NCBI GenBank assembly: GCA_046313635.1
Contig: JBKBYA010000014.1
Span: forward strand, 1 to 64,000
DNA length: 64,000 nucleotides
Source: Pyrinomonadaceae bacterium
GTDB lineage: Bacteria; Acidobacteriota; Blastocatellia; Pyrinomonadales; Pyrinomonadaceae
Reading direction: 5' to 3'
Part shown: in pieces, positions 54,674 to 63,466 of the stretch
Numbering within the stretch: the stretch's first letter is position 1
How the letters are laid out: each line of letters opens with the position of its first letter
Position numbers and translations under genes: made by a program
The notes under the pieces: generated by a model
The model's input: only the letters and a program-made list of their open reading frames with translations
Told to the model about the DNA's origin: nothing
Database searches by the model: none

Positions 54674-55270
54674 ATGTCAATTACAGCAATGATCGTGATC
54701 GCGGTCGCGGCGGCGGCCGCGCTGTTCATCTGGAGGCTCGTGGTAGTAGGCCGCGAGGTAAAGAAGATCCACCGAGATCTGGACGGGCTCGGGATACCGA
54801 AACACAAGGCGAAGTTCAAGTACTCGACCCGGACGTTCGACGGCGTCAAGGTGATCTCGACCGTCCCGGTGCCGGAAGAAGCGATCCGCGAGATCGACGA
54901 GGGCATCTCGATCCTGTTCGATCACCAAGACGCACGCCGGCCGGAATGGGACAAGATGCGCGACCCCGCGGAGTTCACCGTACTTTTTATCGAGCCGCAC
55001 GGAGTGAATGTCGAGACCGAGCCCGGTGCCCCGCACCTGTCGGTGGGCGGCGTGACGACCGCCGGGACCAACATCGGTGCGGCGCCCAACCAGGCGTGCG
55101 ACCGTCCCTACCTGGTACTGCCGCATCAGAAGGACCAGGAGTGGCGTTTTCTCGAATATCTGAGGAACTCAGTCTTTTACGAGGGCGAGCACGTCCGCGA
55201 GTGGGCCAACGACCCGGCCGTCTGGGCCAGGTTCGTCGGTGCCGGCGACTCGCATCCGCACGAGATCTGA
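54674..55270 (+). CDS. Membrane-anchored hypothetical protein
   Basis: N-terminal TM helix; YEGEH motif. Confidence 0.65.
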   Translation: MSITAMIVIAVAAAAALFIWRLVVVGREVKKIHRDLDGLGIPKHKAKFKYSTRTFDGVKVISTVPVPEEAIREIDEGISILFDHQDARRPEWDKMRDPAEFTVLFIEPHGVNVETEPGAPHLSVGGVTTAGTNIGAAPNQACDRPYLVLPHQKDQEWRFLEYLRNSVFYEGEHVREWANDPAVWARFVGAGDSHPHEI

Positions 55271-55293
55271 CGAGAGGTCGAACCGCCAAATCG

Positions 55294-55326
55294 AAACCCC
55301 CGAGTTTTGCTGCTCGGGGGTTTTTT
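55294..55326 (+). terminator. Bidirectional intrinsic terminator
   Basis: AAACCCCCGAG-N8-CTCGGGGGTTTTTT between convergent genes. Confidence 0.85.
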
Positions 55327-55610
55327 CAGTGCGTACTCAGTTGGTGGATAGGGCCCTCTGAAATCGGAGGATCGATCGAGGACTGAGAAGGCAGGGCCTC
55401 ACATGCTGACTCAGTCCTCGCTTTTTTTCTCTTTTGGTACTCCCCTTTTCCTCGCGGCTTCAGATTGAGCACCTCGTCGCGGTCGACGTAGGTATTGCCG
55501 TCCAGGTCGAAAGAAACAAGATTGCCCATCTTGATGTGGTAATAGATTGACTGCCGACGAACCCCTTTTAGCTTGGCGGCCGTGGCGACGCGTATCCAAG
55601 TTCTGGCCAT
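55326..55610 (-). CDS. Excisionase/MerR-like HTH DNA-binding protein
   Basis: W..V..AAKL.GV.RQSIY..I..G.L.......TYV...EV. Confidence 0.75.
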   Translation of the reverse strand: MARTWIRVATAAKLKGVRRQSIYYHIKMGNLVSFDLDGNTYVDRDEVLNLKPRGKGEYQKRKKARTESACEALPSQSSIDPPISEGPIHQLSTH

Positions 55611-55731
55611 ATTTGTATGGAGGGATAGGCCACCCCATTGATTTGGACTACGGTACTGCTGTATTCCGAGGGTGGGCACGTACGGATTGTTATTCATAAT
55701 ACTTCCCCTTGTCAAGTAAATTTCTTGTCGA

Positions 55732-55878
55732 AAAAACACGCCCGGGCCCGCCGGAGAGCGTCCGCCGGACGCCGGATCTGATACGAGATCGGGCCGCGGC
55801 GTCGACGGGTGACAAACGAAGCCGGCCGCCCCTTGCGACCCGCAGCCCGGACTCGAAATGCAGGACATTATCTGCATT
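55732..55878 (-). ncRNA. Candidate ~145-nt structured small RNA or leader
   Basis: Downstream of promoter 55884-55912; GC-rich stems; ends in a T run. Confidence 0.45.
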
Positions 55879-55883
55879 TCGGT

Positions 55884-55912
55884 ACTGTAGCAATTAGAAT
55901 TTTATATGTCTA
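55884..55912 (-). promoter_or_regulatory. Leftward promoter of divergent pair
   Basis: TAGACA-N17-TACAGT with TG extension. Confidence 0.65.
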
Positions 55913-55947
55913 CTGTAAATCATCTATAGAGACGGTCTGGCTACCAC

Positions 55948-55977
55948 TTGACAAAGAAATTTTGGCTGTGGTAGATT
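55948..55977 (+). promoter_or_regulatory. Rightward promoter of replication operon
   Basis: TTGACA-N18-TAGATT with TG extension. Confidence 0.7.
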
Positions 55978-56190
55978 CGTTTCACGCTGTCGAACCGGAC
56001 GGCGGGTAGTACCGGGGATGTTCATCCCGAACCTGGGGAAAAATTTAACTGCAGTCAAAAGGAAAGGGCCGTCCGGGACGCCTCCCGAACAGCCCTACTG
56101 ACCATATATGCGTGGACACGCTCTCGCACGAGCACGCCGGCACATTGGTAATATTACCGCCCTGCCGGCCTGCCAGTCAAGTTACATCCT

Positions 56191-57072
56191 ATGAGTTCAG
56201 TCTCGTTCTCGCTCAAGCCGATCGTCGCTGACGTCGAGATGATCAGCCGGAGCCTGCTCTGCAACCCGAAGCTGTCGGCGGCGAGTCTCGGTGTGTTCTG
56301 CTTCACGCTCGGCGTCTTCGGCGGCCGCGACTTCACGATAGACGATCTGGTCGCGGCGTGGAACGAAGCGGGACGGTCGCGGGAGAACTCGCTCGGCCGG
56401 GACCGGATGCGGAGACTCGTCAACGAATGGCGTCTCGCGGGATTTGTCTACGACACGGTCGAGACGGACGACGAGGGACGTGTGGCGGCGAAGAAGTTCG
56501 CGATATTTCCACAGGTCGACGCCGCCCCTGTCCCGCGGGCAAAGGCCGCCGCGAAACCGACCAGCGAGGCACGCAAGTCGAAGCTGGCCCGCTTCCCCGC
56601 GGCGGAGGTCTTTCAGAACTATTTCAATGTCGACCTCGATCTCGACGCGATCCAGTACATAGAAAAAGAGGCCGGCCCTCACCTGCAGGTCTGGGGACAG
56701 GTCTGTGCCGACCATTACAACAGCCTCACGCAGCAGCAAAAAGACTCGATCACCTACAAGACCAGGGCCGTCAAGTTCGTGCTCCACGATCTGAGGTCGC
56801 ATCTCGAGAAGCAGGCCCTGCGTGCGACCAAGACGCCCTTCGGTGCCGCGGCCGACGCCGAGCCGCCGGACCGGCCTAAGAAGAAGACCTTTGCGGACTA
56901 CGTGAGCGGATACGAGTACGGCTCGGCCGAGTACAAGAAGTTCAGGAAGGGATGGATCAAGCGGGCCGATGAGGCCGGAAATGCGGCGGCGATCGAGCAG
57001 GTAACGGAGTATGAAGGAATCAGATCAACACTGGACAAGCTACAAAAGAGAAAAGGAGGCGTCCAGAAGTGA
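56191..57072 (+). CDS. Putative replication initiator/origin-binding protein (N-terminal wHTH)
   Basis: L.NPKLS..SLG......GRD..RR.V.E...AGFV pattern; precedes primase-helicase. Confidence 0.6.
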   Translation: MSSVSFSLKPIVADVEMISRSLLCNPKLSAASLGVFCFTLGVFGGRDFTIDDLVAAWNEAGRSRENSLGRDRMRRLVNEWRLAGFVYDTVETDDEGRVAAKKFAIFPQVDAAPVPRAKAAAKPTSEARKSKLARFPAAEVFQNYFNVDLDLDAIQYIEKEAGPHLQVWGQVCADHYNSLTQQQKDSITYKTRAVKFVLHDLRSHLEKQALRATKTPFGAAADAEPPDRPKKKTFADYVSGYEYGSAEYKKFRKGWIKRADEAGNAAAIEQVTEYEGIRSTLDKLQKRKGGVQK

Positions 57073-58945
57073 GATCTCTCAGGCCCTCACAAGCCTCGGC
57101 GGCGTCGTACCTGCCAGTGGTCATCTACGTTGTCCGTTTCACGACGACAAACACCCGAGTGCCACTCTCAAGCAGTCGGACGGCAAGTGGTTCTTTTCGT
57201 GCCATGCTGCGTCGTGCAATGTCTGCTACGACGTCTGGGATCTCGAAGGCCTGCTCGAAGGTAAGGACGCACAGACCATCTTGAAAGAGACGAAGAAGAG
57301 GGTTCTCGATGAGTATGACCGAAAGCACGGCAACGCGAACGCGGGACGCGGGAACGACAGACATGCTGCGGGGCCTGCTGGCCGCGGAGACGGTCCATCT
57401 CGAACGCCAAAGGGCTTTGATACGGCAGAGCAGTGCGTGGATTGGGTCGTCGCCAAGCGGCGTGCTCAAGGCGAGGATCTTGATGTTGAAAGATTCCATC
57501 CGTACACAGACCCTGACACTGGCGAGGTACGAGTCCATGTTGTCAGGCTCCGGAACGCCGCGACCGGAAAGAAGTCATACACCCAGGTCTTCCTCGACAG
57601 AGAGACTGGACGATGGTCTCCCAAGAAGCCTAAAGATCTCGATCCCACGCCGTTGTATAACCGGATCAGAATTCGCGATGCCAAGAACATCCTTATGGTC
57701 GAGGGCGAAGCGTGTGTGGAGGCGTTTACACGGTTAGGCATGGAAGGATGGGCCGCGACAACGACGCTTGGCGGTGCGGGCAAGGCCGCCGCCGCCGACC
57801 TCACTCCGCTCGCGGGCAAGACCGTCTACCTGTGGGCCGACAACGACGACTACGACGAGAAGCTCAAACGATTTCCCGGCGAGCATCACATGCAGGAGAT
57901 CGCCGACCGCCTGCTCAAGCTCTCGCCGGCGGTCACGATCCGCAGGGTCCGTTACGAGGAGCTCGATCTTTTGGCGAAGGGCGACATCGTCGACTATCTG
58001 GAGCAGTTCGGAACGGCGGAAGAGAAGATCGCCGCGTTGAAGCTGGTCTTTCAGGACGCCGAGTCGGTCGGGTCGGTCAAGGGCCTCCGCGAGCAGCTCG
58101 AGGCGATCGCCGCCGGAACGTACGAACACATCCCGTTCCCGGACGCCGAGTGCCTGTCGGAGCTGTCGAAGGCGGGACTGCCCGGCACGGTGACACTGGT
58201 CTGCGGCGACCCCGGTGTGGCGAAGAGCTTTTGGGCACTCGAGAAATCGTGGAAGTGGCACCGGCAGGGACGCAAGGTCCGCGTGCTGATGCTCGAAGAG
58301 GACTTTGTCTACTGGCAGCGGCGGGCGATGGCCCAGATGGCGGGCGTCGCCGATGCGGCCGACGTCGACTGGATCAAGGGCCATCCGAAACGGGCGATGG
58401 AGATCTTTGCCGAGGTCGAGCCGATGCTCGAGAGCTTTTCGCGGCGGATCGACATCGCACCGTCGCGACCGACCATGCAGTGGTGTGCCGACTGGGTCGA
58501 CCGGGCCGTCGACGAGGGGAACGACTGGATCGTGATCGACCCGATCACGGCCGCGGCGAGCTCGGACAAAACGTGGCTCGACGATCACGAGTTCCTCTTC
58601 AGCGTCAAGGAATCGATCGTCCGCGGCGGGTCTCGGCTGCTGCTGACGACGCACCCGAAGCTCGACGTCAAGTCAAAACCGAGCCTCGCGGCGATGGCGG
58701 GCGGGGCGGCCTGGCCGAGGTTCTCGCAGACGGTGCTCTGGCTGCGGCTGCTCGACAAGGCCCAGAAGTCGGCGGTCGATCCCGGCGGCGGAGAGCTCAT
58801 CGACGTCCATCACGAACGCGAGATCCAGATACGAAAGGCCCGCAACGGACGCGGTGCCGGGTCGAACATCGCGACGATACTCGACCGCTCGACGCTCTGC
58901 TTTGTGGAGTGCGGGGAGATCGTCGACCTCGACCAGAATTCTTGA
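57011..58945 (+). CDS. Primase-helicase (CHC2 Zn finger, TOPRIM, RecA/DnaB-like ATPase)
   Basis: CPFHDD..PS...CHAASC; VEGE, WADND; GDPGVAKS, IVIDP, KARNG. Confidence 0.9.
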   Translation: MKESDQHWTSYKREKEASRSEISQALTSLGGVVPASGHLRCPFHDDKHPSATLKQSDGKWFFSCHAASCNVCYDVWDLEGLLEGKDAQTILKETKKRVLDEYDRKHGNANAGRGNDRHAAGPAGRGDGPSRTPKGFDTAEQCVDWVVAKRRAQGEDLDVERFHPYTDPDTGEVRVHVVRLRNAATGKKSYTQVFLDRETGRWSPKKPKDLDPTPLYNRIRIRDAKNILMVEGEACVEAFTRLGMEGWAATTTLGGAGKAAAADLTPLAGKTVYLWADNDDYDEKLKRFPGEHHMQEIADRLLKLSPAVTIRRVRYEELDLLAKGDIVDYLEQFGTAEEKIAALKLVFQDAESVGSVKGLREQLEAIAAGTYEHIPFPDAECLSELSKAGLPGTVTLVCGDPGVAKSFWALEKSWKWHRQGRKVRVLMLEEDFVYWQRRAMAQMAGVADAADVDWIKGHPKRAMEIFAEVEPMLESFSRRIDIAPSRPTMQWCADWVDRAVDEGNDWIVIDPITAAASSDKTWLDDHEFLFSVKESIVRGGSRLLLTTHPKLDVKSKPSLAAMAGGAAWPRFSQTVLWLRLLDKAQKSAVDPGGGELIDVHHEREIQIRKARNGRGAGSNIATILDRSTLCFVECGEIVDLDQNS

Positions 58946-58971
58946 CAGGGTTGTTTCACCGATGACACAAT
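58942..58971 (+). promoter_or_regulatory. Putative internal promoter
   Basis: TTGACA-N18-CACAAT. Confidence 0.5.
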
Positions 58972-58992
58972 GCGTCATCGACGGGAGGAGAG

Positions 58993-59610
58993 ATGGCAAA
59001 GAAGAACATCACATCGGTATACGCGGACGGCGGCCTGCTGACGCATAACCCGTCGACGCTCGGTGGCACGTGGGCCTACGTGCTGGTCGACGACGAGAAC
59101 GACGAGGCGGTCGGCGGCGAGAGCGGCGTCGTGCTTGCCGAGAAGCTCAAGGTGCCGGTCGTGACCAACAACCACACCGAGCAGATCGCGATCATCAAGG
59201 CGATCGAGGCCCTGCCGTGCGGCTGGTCCGGCCGGATCTGTTCGGACTCGCAGGTCGCCCTCGTGCGGGTCGAGTCCGACTATCAACTGAGCAGGGGGGT
59301 AAAGCGGTTTCCGGCGGGCGAGAACAACCTCCCGAGCATCATATCCGACCGTTCGAAGCATGCCGCGGCCCGTCTCGGCCGGGTCGAGTTCGTCCTCCTG
59401 CAGGGCCACCCGACGAAGGCCGACCTCGAATGCGGGTGGGGACGCAAGCGAAACCTGCCCGTCTCAAAATACAACGTCCTCGCCGACACGATGTGCAACG
59501 AGGAAAAAGTACGGTTCAGGATCCGACAGGAGCTGGAGGCACTGCATAAGCTGGCCGGCAGCGACGTCCTCCGTGAACTGGTCGACGACATCTCGGCACA
59601 TGCCGAGTAG
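58993..59610 (+). CDS. Ribonuclease H
   Basis: VYADGG...NP, TNN..E..A, SDSQ, GH, N.LAD. Confidence 0.88.
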   Translation: MAKKNITSVYADGGLLTHNPSTLGGTWAYVLVDDENDEAVGGESGVVLAEKLKVPVVTNNHTEQIAIIKAIEALPCGWSGRICSDSQVALVRVESDYQLSRGVKRFPAGENNLPSIISDRSKHAAARLGRVEFVLLQGHPTKADLECGWGRKRNLPVSKYNVLADTMCNEEKVRFRIRQELEALHKLAGSDVLRELVDDISAHAE

Positions 59611-59632
59611 AGGATATAGAGTCTCACACACT

Positions 59633-59914
59633 ATGAAAAGCGAAACAACCAACGCCTGGGGCATCGACAACGGGGAGCTCTGGCCAAACACATTCGACAC
59701 CAGACGCGACGCGATCAAGTGGATCGAGTCGACGCTCGGAATGTCATGGAACGAGATCAAACGGGACAAGCGGATCCCGAAGATATTGATCGTGCAGGTC
59801 ACGGTCGTGCGAAAGGCCCCGCCGGAGCGTAAAAAGCTCGCCCGCCGCGACGCGGCGAACTGGGGCCGGTCGGTCAAGACGGTCGAGCTGCAGTCGGCCT
59901 ACGCGGTCCACTGA
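59633..59914 (+). CDS. Hypothetical protein
   Basis: Start re-called at MKSETT. Confidence 0.55.
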   Translation: MKSETTNAWGIDNGELWPNTFDTRRDAIKWIESTLGMSWNEIKRDKRIPKILIVQVTVVRKAPPERKKLARRDAANWGRSVKTVELQSAYAVH

Positions 59915-59924
59915 CGAGGAGAGC

Positions 59925-60206
59925 ATGAAGACATTGCAAAAGATCTGGGCGGCGATCCGCCCGCCTCGCGGACGGTATCCAAATCCGACGCAGACGTTTC
60001 ATTACAAGGTCGAGCTGGCAAACGGGCTGTCGGTGACGTTCACGAGGACATACACGCTGCGAAACCTCAACTTCGACGACTTTGAAACGCCGGCAAAACA
60101 GGCGTTGGAGCATCTTTACGGGATCTCTAAAAGCGGGTTTATCTCGGACGGCACGTTCTACCCGCCGCACCAGATCAGGAACATCAGGATGGACCCATCG
60201 GCATGA
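59925..60206 (+). CDS. Hypothetical protein
   Basis: GGAG upstream; ATGA overlap with polymerase. Confidence 0.6.
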   Translation: MKTLQKIWAAIRPPRGRYPNPTQTFHYKVELANGLSVTFTRTYTLRNLNFDDFETPAKQALEHLYGISKSGFISDGTFYPPHQIRNIRMDPSA

Positions 60207-62005
60207 AAGTGATCCGTGTAAAAGCGAAGGACGTCCCGGCGATGGTGCGGGATCTCAGGTCGCGTCGGTCGATCGGCTTCGATACCGAGACCGGTGGGTT
60301 TGACCCGTACCACAACGAGCTTCGACTGCTGCAGTTCTCCCCGTCGCCCGACAAGGCGTACGTCGTCGACCTGCGGGACTTTAAGCGGCCGGGGTCGAAC
60401 GACAAGCTCAGGGCGGTCCGCGACCTGCTCGCCGACCCGGAGATCGAGAAGATCGGTCACAACCTCAAGTTTGACGCAAAGTTCGTCAAGCATCATCTCG
60501 GCGTCGACCTCGGCGGCATCTACGACACGTTTATCTGCTCGCAGATCGTGTCGTGTGGTCAGAAGTACGACAACAACGGAAATAAGCTCAGGCACGGTCT
60601 CGGCGTCGTCGCCGAACGACTGCTCGGCCGCGAGATCGACAAGACCGAGCAGCGGTCGGACTGGACCGTCGACGAGCTCTCGGACTCGCAGATCGAGTAC
60701 GCGGCCCGCGACGTGACCGTCCTGCACGAGCTACGCGACGTGCTCGACCGCAAGCTCTCGGCCCGTCACCTGCAAACGGTCGCACGGCTCGAGAACGACA
60801 TCGTGATGGCGATGGCACAGCTCGAGCTCAACGGATTTTATCTCGACGCGTCGCGGTGGCGGCAGCAGCTCCGCACGGTCGAACGAAAGATCGCACGCGA
60901 GGCGGCGGAGCTGCAGACGATGCTCTCGGGCGGAAACCGCCAGATGGGGCTCTTTGGAGCGATCGAGATCGACCTCGGGTCGGTCCAGCAGGTGGCCGAG
61001 TGTCTCAAAGGGCTCGGCGTCCCGGTGCCGAAGACCGAGACGGGACGCGACACGACGAAAGAGGACCAGCTCGAGCCGTTCCGGCACCAATTCCCCGTCG
61101 TCGACAAGCTGATGGAGTGGCGGGGCCTCTCGAAACAGCTCACCTCCTACGGCGAGAACATCCTCGATCTTATCAATCCCGCTACCGGACGAATCCACGC
61201 CGACTTCGGACAGATCGAGGCCGGGTCGGGCCGTATGCGGTGCGGCAATCCGAATCTCCAGAACGTACCGGCCGGCGATGAGTATCGATCGTGTTTCGGA
61301 GCTCAGGGCGACGACCGGACGCTGGTCATCGCAGACTACTCGCAGATCGAGCTCAGAGTGATGGCCGAGCTCTCGGAGGACGCGGCGATGATCCGCTCGT
61401 TCAACTCGGGATACGACTATCACACGGCGACGGCGATGGAGGTCTTCGGCCTTACAAGTCCGGACGAGGTCTCGGCCGAGCAGCGTACCTTCGCCAAGCG
61501 GATCAACTTCGGCATCGGGTACGGCATGGGGCCGGGACGATTTGCCCGCATGACCGGGATGACCTTTGACGCGTCGAAGGCGTTCTTTGAGACCTTCTTT
61601 TCGAAGCTGTCCGGGCTCGACGGGTGGCTTAAATCGCAGCGGTACACCGGGCTCAAGCTGCGGTACGTCAAGACGCTGTCGGGAAGGACGGTCGACCTCA
61701 GGTTTGACCGTCGGGACGAGGGCCAGCGAAAGGCGGCCGAGAGGCTCGCGACCAACATCCCGGTGCAGGGCTCGGCCGCGGACATATTCAAACGCGGCCT
61801 GAAGCTGACGCACGACGCGTTCCGGGGAACGTCGGCCCGCATCGTCAATCTCGTCCATGACGAAGTGGTCGTCGAGTGCGACAAGAGCGAGGCCGAGGAC
61901 ATCAAGGTCCGGCTCGAGACGGCACTCCGAGCGGCCGGTGAGGAGTATGTGCGTCTGGTGCCGATCAAGGTCGATGCTAAACTGACCGAGGTCTGGGCGA
62001 AGTAA
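60203..62005 (+). CDS. polA: Family A DNA polymerase (3'-5' exonuclease plus polymerase, no 5' nuclease)
   Basis: FDTET, GHNLKFD, YAARD; ADYSQIELR, AKRINFGIGYG, VHDE. Confidence 0.97.
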   Translation: MKVIRVKAKDVPAMVRDLRSRRSIGFDTETGGFDPYHNELRLLQFSPSPDKAYVVDLRDFKRPGSNDKLRAVRDLLADPEIEKIGHNLKFDAKFVKHHLGVDLGGIYDTFICSQIVSCGQKYDNNGNKLRHGLGVVAERLLGREIDKTEQRSDWTVDELSDSQIEYAARDVTVLHELRDVLDRKLSARHLQTVARLENDIVMAMAQLELNGFYLDASRWRQQLRTVERKIAREAAELQTMLSGGNRQMGLFGAIEIDLGSVQQVAECLKGLGVPVPKTETGRDTTKEDQLEPFRHQFPVVDKLMEWRGLSKQLTSYGENILDLINPATGRIHADFGQIEAGSGRMRCGNPNLQNVPAGDEYRSCFGAQGDDRTLVIADYSQIELRVMAELSEDAAMIRSFNSGYDYHTATAMEVFGLTSPDEVSAEQRTFAKRINFGIGYGMGPGRFARMTGMTFDASKAFFETFFSKLSGLDGWLKSQRYTGLKLRYVKTLSGRTVDLRFDRRDEGQRKAAERLATNIPVQGSAADIFKRGLKLTHDAFRGTSARIVNLVHDEVVVECDKSEAEDIKVRLETALRAAGEEYVRLVPIKVDAKLTEVWAK

Positions 62006-62023
62006 CAATATTTACATTTCTAT

Positions 62024-62053
62024 TTGACAGGTGTCACATATTTGTGGCACCAT
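62024..62053 (+). promoter_or_regulatory. Promoter with TGACA-N2-TGTCA palindrome
   Basis: TTGACAGGTGTCACATA, N18 to CACCAT; near-identical to 45287 motif. Confidence 0.6.
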
Positions 62054-62100
62054 TTTTTTGTCTGCTTTCGCAGTCTTCGAACCGGGGAAGCCCACCTGAT

Positions 62101-63255
62101 ATGAAAATTCGGATTGACGCAGAGATGTTGCGAGACGAGCTCTCGAGAGCGACGTCGGTGATCGAAAAGACGCCGCGTAAGCCCGGTCTCGAGTATGTAC
62201 TTGTGGAGCCGGCCGGCAAGTACGTGAAGTTCACGGGGTCGGACGGCGTGGCGGCGATCGAGTCGTTCGCACCGTCGGACGAGGTGGAGTTTGAAGCCGG
62301 TGCCAAAGGTCCGATCTGCCTGCCGGGACGCAAAACGCTCGACCTGGTGAAGCTGATGTCGGGCGAGGTCCGATTCGAGACGCTGCCGAACGGCTACATC
62401 AATCTCTACAACGGACGCTCGAAGTATCGCCTGGCGTCGATCGACGCGTCGCGTTACCCGCGGATCGCCGAGGAGTTCACGCCGAGCGGCGACCTGCCGG
62501 CCCAGGTGCTCAGGCGGGCGATCAAACTGACCCGCGGGTTTATCGGCGAGGACGACTCGAAATTCGCTTTTTCAGGCGGTCTGCTCGAGGTCTCGGACGG
62601 GTCGATGCGGGTCGTCGCGACCGACGGGGCGAGACTGGCCGTGGCCGAGTGCGGCGGTGTCGACGAGGGCGACTTCAGCGTGCTGCTGCCGCACCGCAGC
62701 CTCAACATGCTCGCGGGACTCATCTCACGCGACAGCGAGACCGTGACGGTCGCGTTTGCCCGCAACCCGGTGACCGGGGCGATCACCAAGGCGAAGTTCA
62801 AGATCGAACGTGCGTTCCTGACGACGAACCTGACGACGGGACAGTTCCCGGCGTGGCGTCAGATACTGCCTAGCTCTGACCACGAGCTCCAGGCCGAACT
62901 CAGCCGCACGGAGCTGCACAACGCCCTGCGGAAGGCGTTGGTCGCGACGGACGGCAAGTCGAACATCGTCGAGCTCAACTTCGCTCCCGGCAGCGTCCTG
63001 GTCAAGACCGACGGGGCCGACGCAGGGTCGGACGTGCTCGACGCGGAGTATCTGACCGGGGACCCGGCCGAGGACGCGGAGGCCCGGCTCGGTCTGAACG
63101 CCAACTTTGTGAACCAGTTCCTGGCGGTGGTGCCGGACGTGCTCGAGGACGACTCGGTCCTGATCTCGTACAACGGCCCGACGCAGTTTGTCGGCATCAG
63201 CCCGCGAGAGGCTGAGTTCGACTTTAAGTACCTTCTCGCACCCGCACGATTGTAA
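62101..63255 (+). CDS. dnaN: DNA polymerase sliding clamp (beta)
   Basis: G.ICLP.RK..D.VK, YP, VATDG.RLA, G.FP.W..ILP, YLLAP.RL C-terminus; 384 aa. Confidence 0.92.
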   Translation: MKIRIDAEMLRDELSRATSVIEKTPRKPGLEYVLVEPAGKYVKFTGSDGVAAIESFAPSDEVEFEAGAKGPICLPGRKTLDLVKLMSGEVRFETLPNGYINLYNGRSKYRLASIDASRYPRIAEEFTPSGDLPAQVLRRAIKLTRGFIGEDDSKFAFSGGLLEVSDGSMRVVATDGARLAVAECGGVDEGDFSVLLPHRSLNMLAGLISRDSETVTVAFARNPVTGAITKAKFKIERAFLTTNLTTGQFPAWRQILPSSDHELQAELSRTELHNALRKALVATDGKSNIVELNFAPGSVLVKTDGADAGSDVLDAEYLTGDPAEDAEARLGLNANFVNQFLAVVPDVLEDDSVLISYNGPTQFVGISPREAEFDFKYLLAPARL

Positions 63256-63268
63256 GGAGACGAAGTAT

Positions 63269-63466
63269 ATGTCTGAGCGGAAGCAGATCGAAAGGAGGCT
63301 GCAGGACGCCGAGTCGGCGTTGATCTGGATGAAGTGGGCGTACCCGACGACCAACGACCCGTTTGTCGAGCGTTGGATCCGAAAGTACGAGCGAAAGGTC
63401 GAGAAGCTCAAGTCGGCTCTCGACGGGACCAAGACACAGTCGGCCGGACGGCCTTTGGAGGTTTGA
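63269..63466 (+). CDS. Small hypothetical protein
   Basis: AAGGAG upstream. Confidence 0.55.
   Translation: MSERKQIERRLQDAESALIWMKWAYPTTNDPFVERWIRKYERKVEKLKSALDGTKTQSAGRPLEV

Noticed and set aside
55326..55610. Integration/excision module implied by the excisionase-like HTH
   Set aside because: No tyrosine or serine integrase or tRNA-like att site in the window; this fold is also a common regulator
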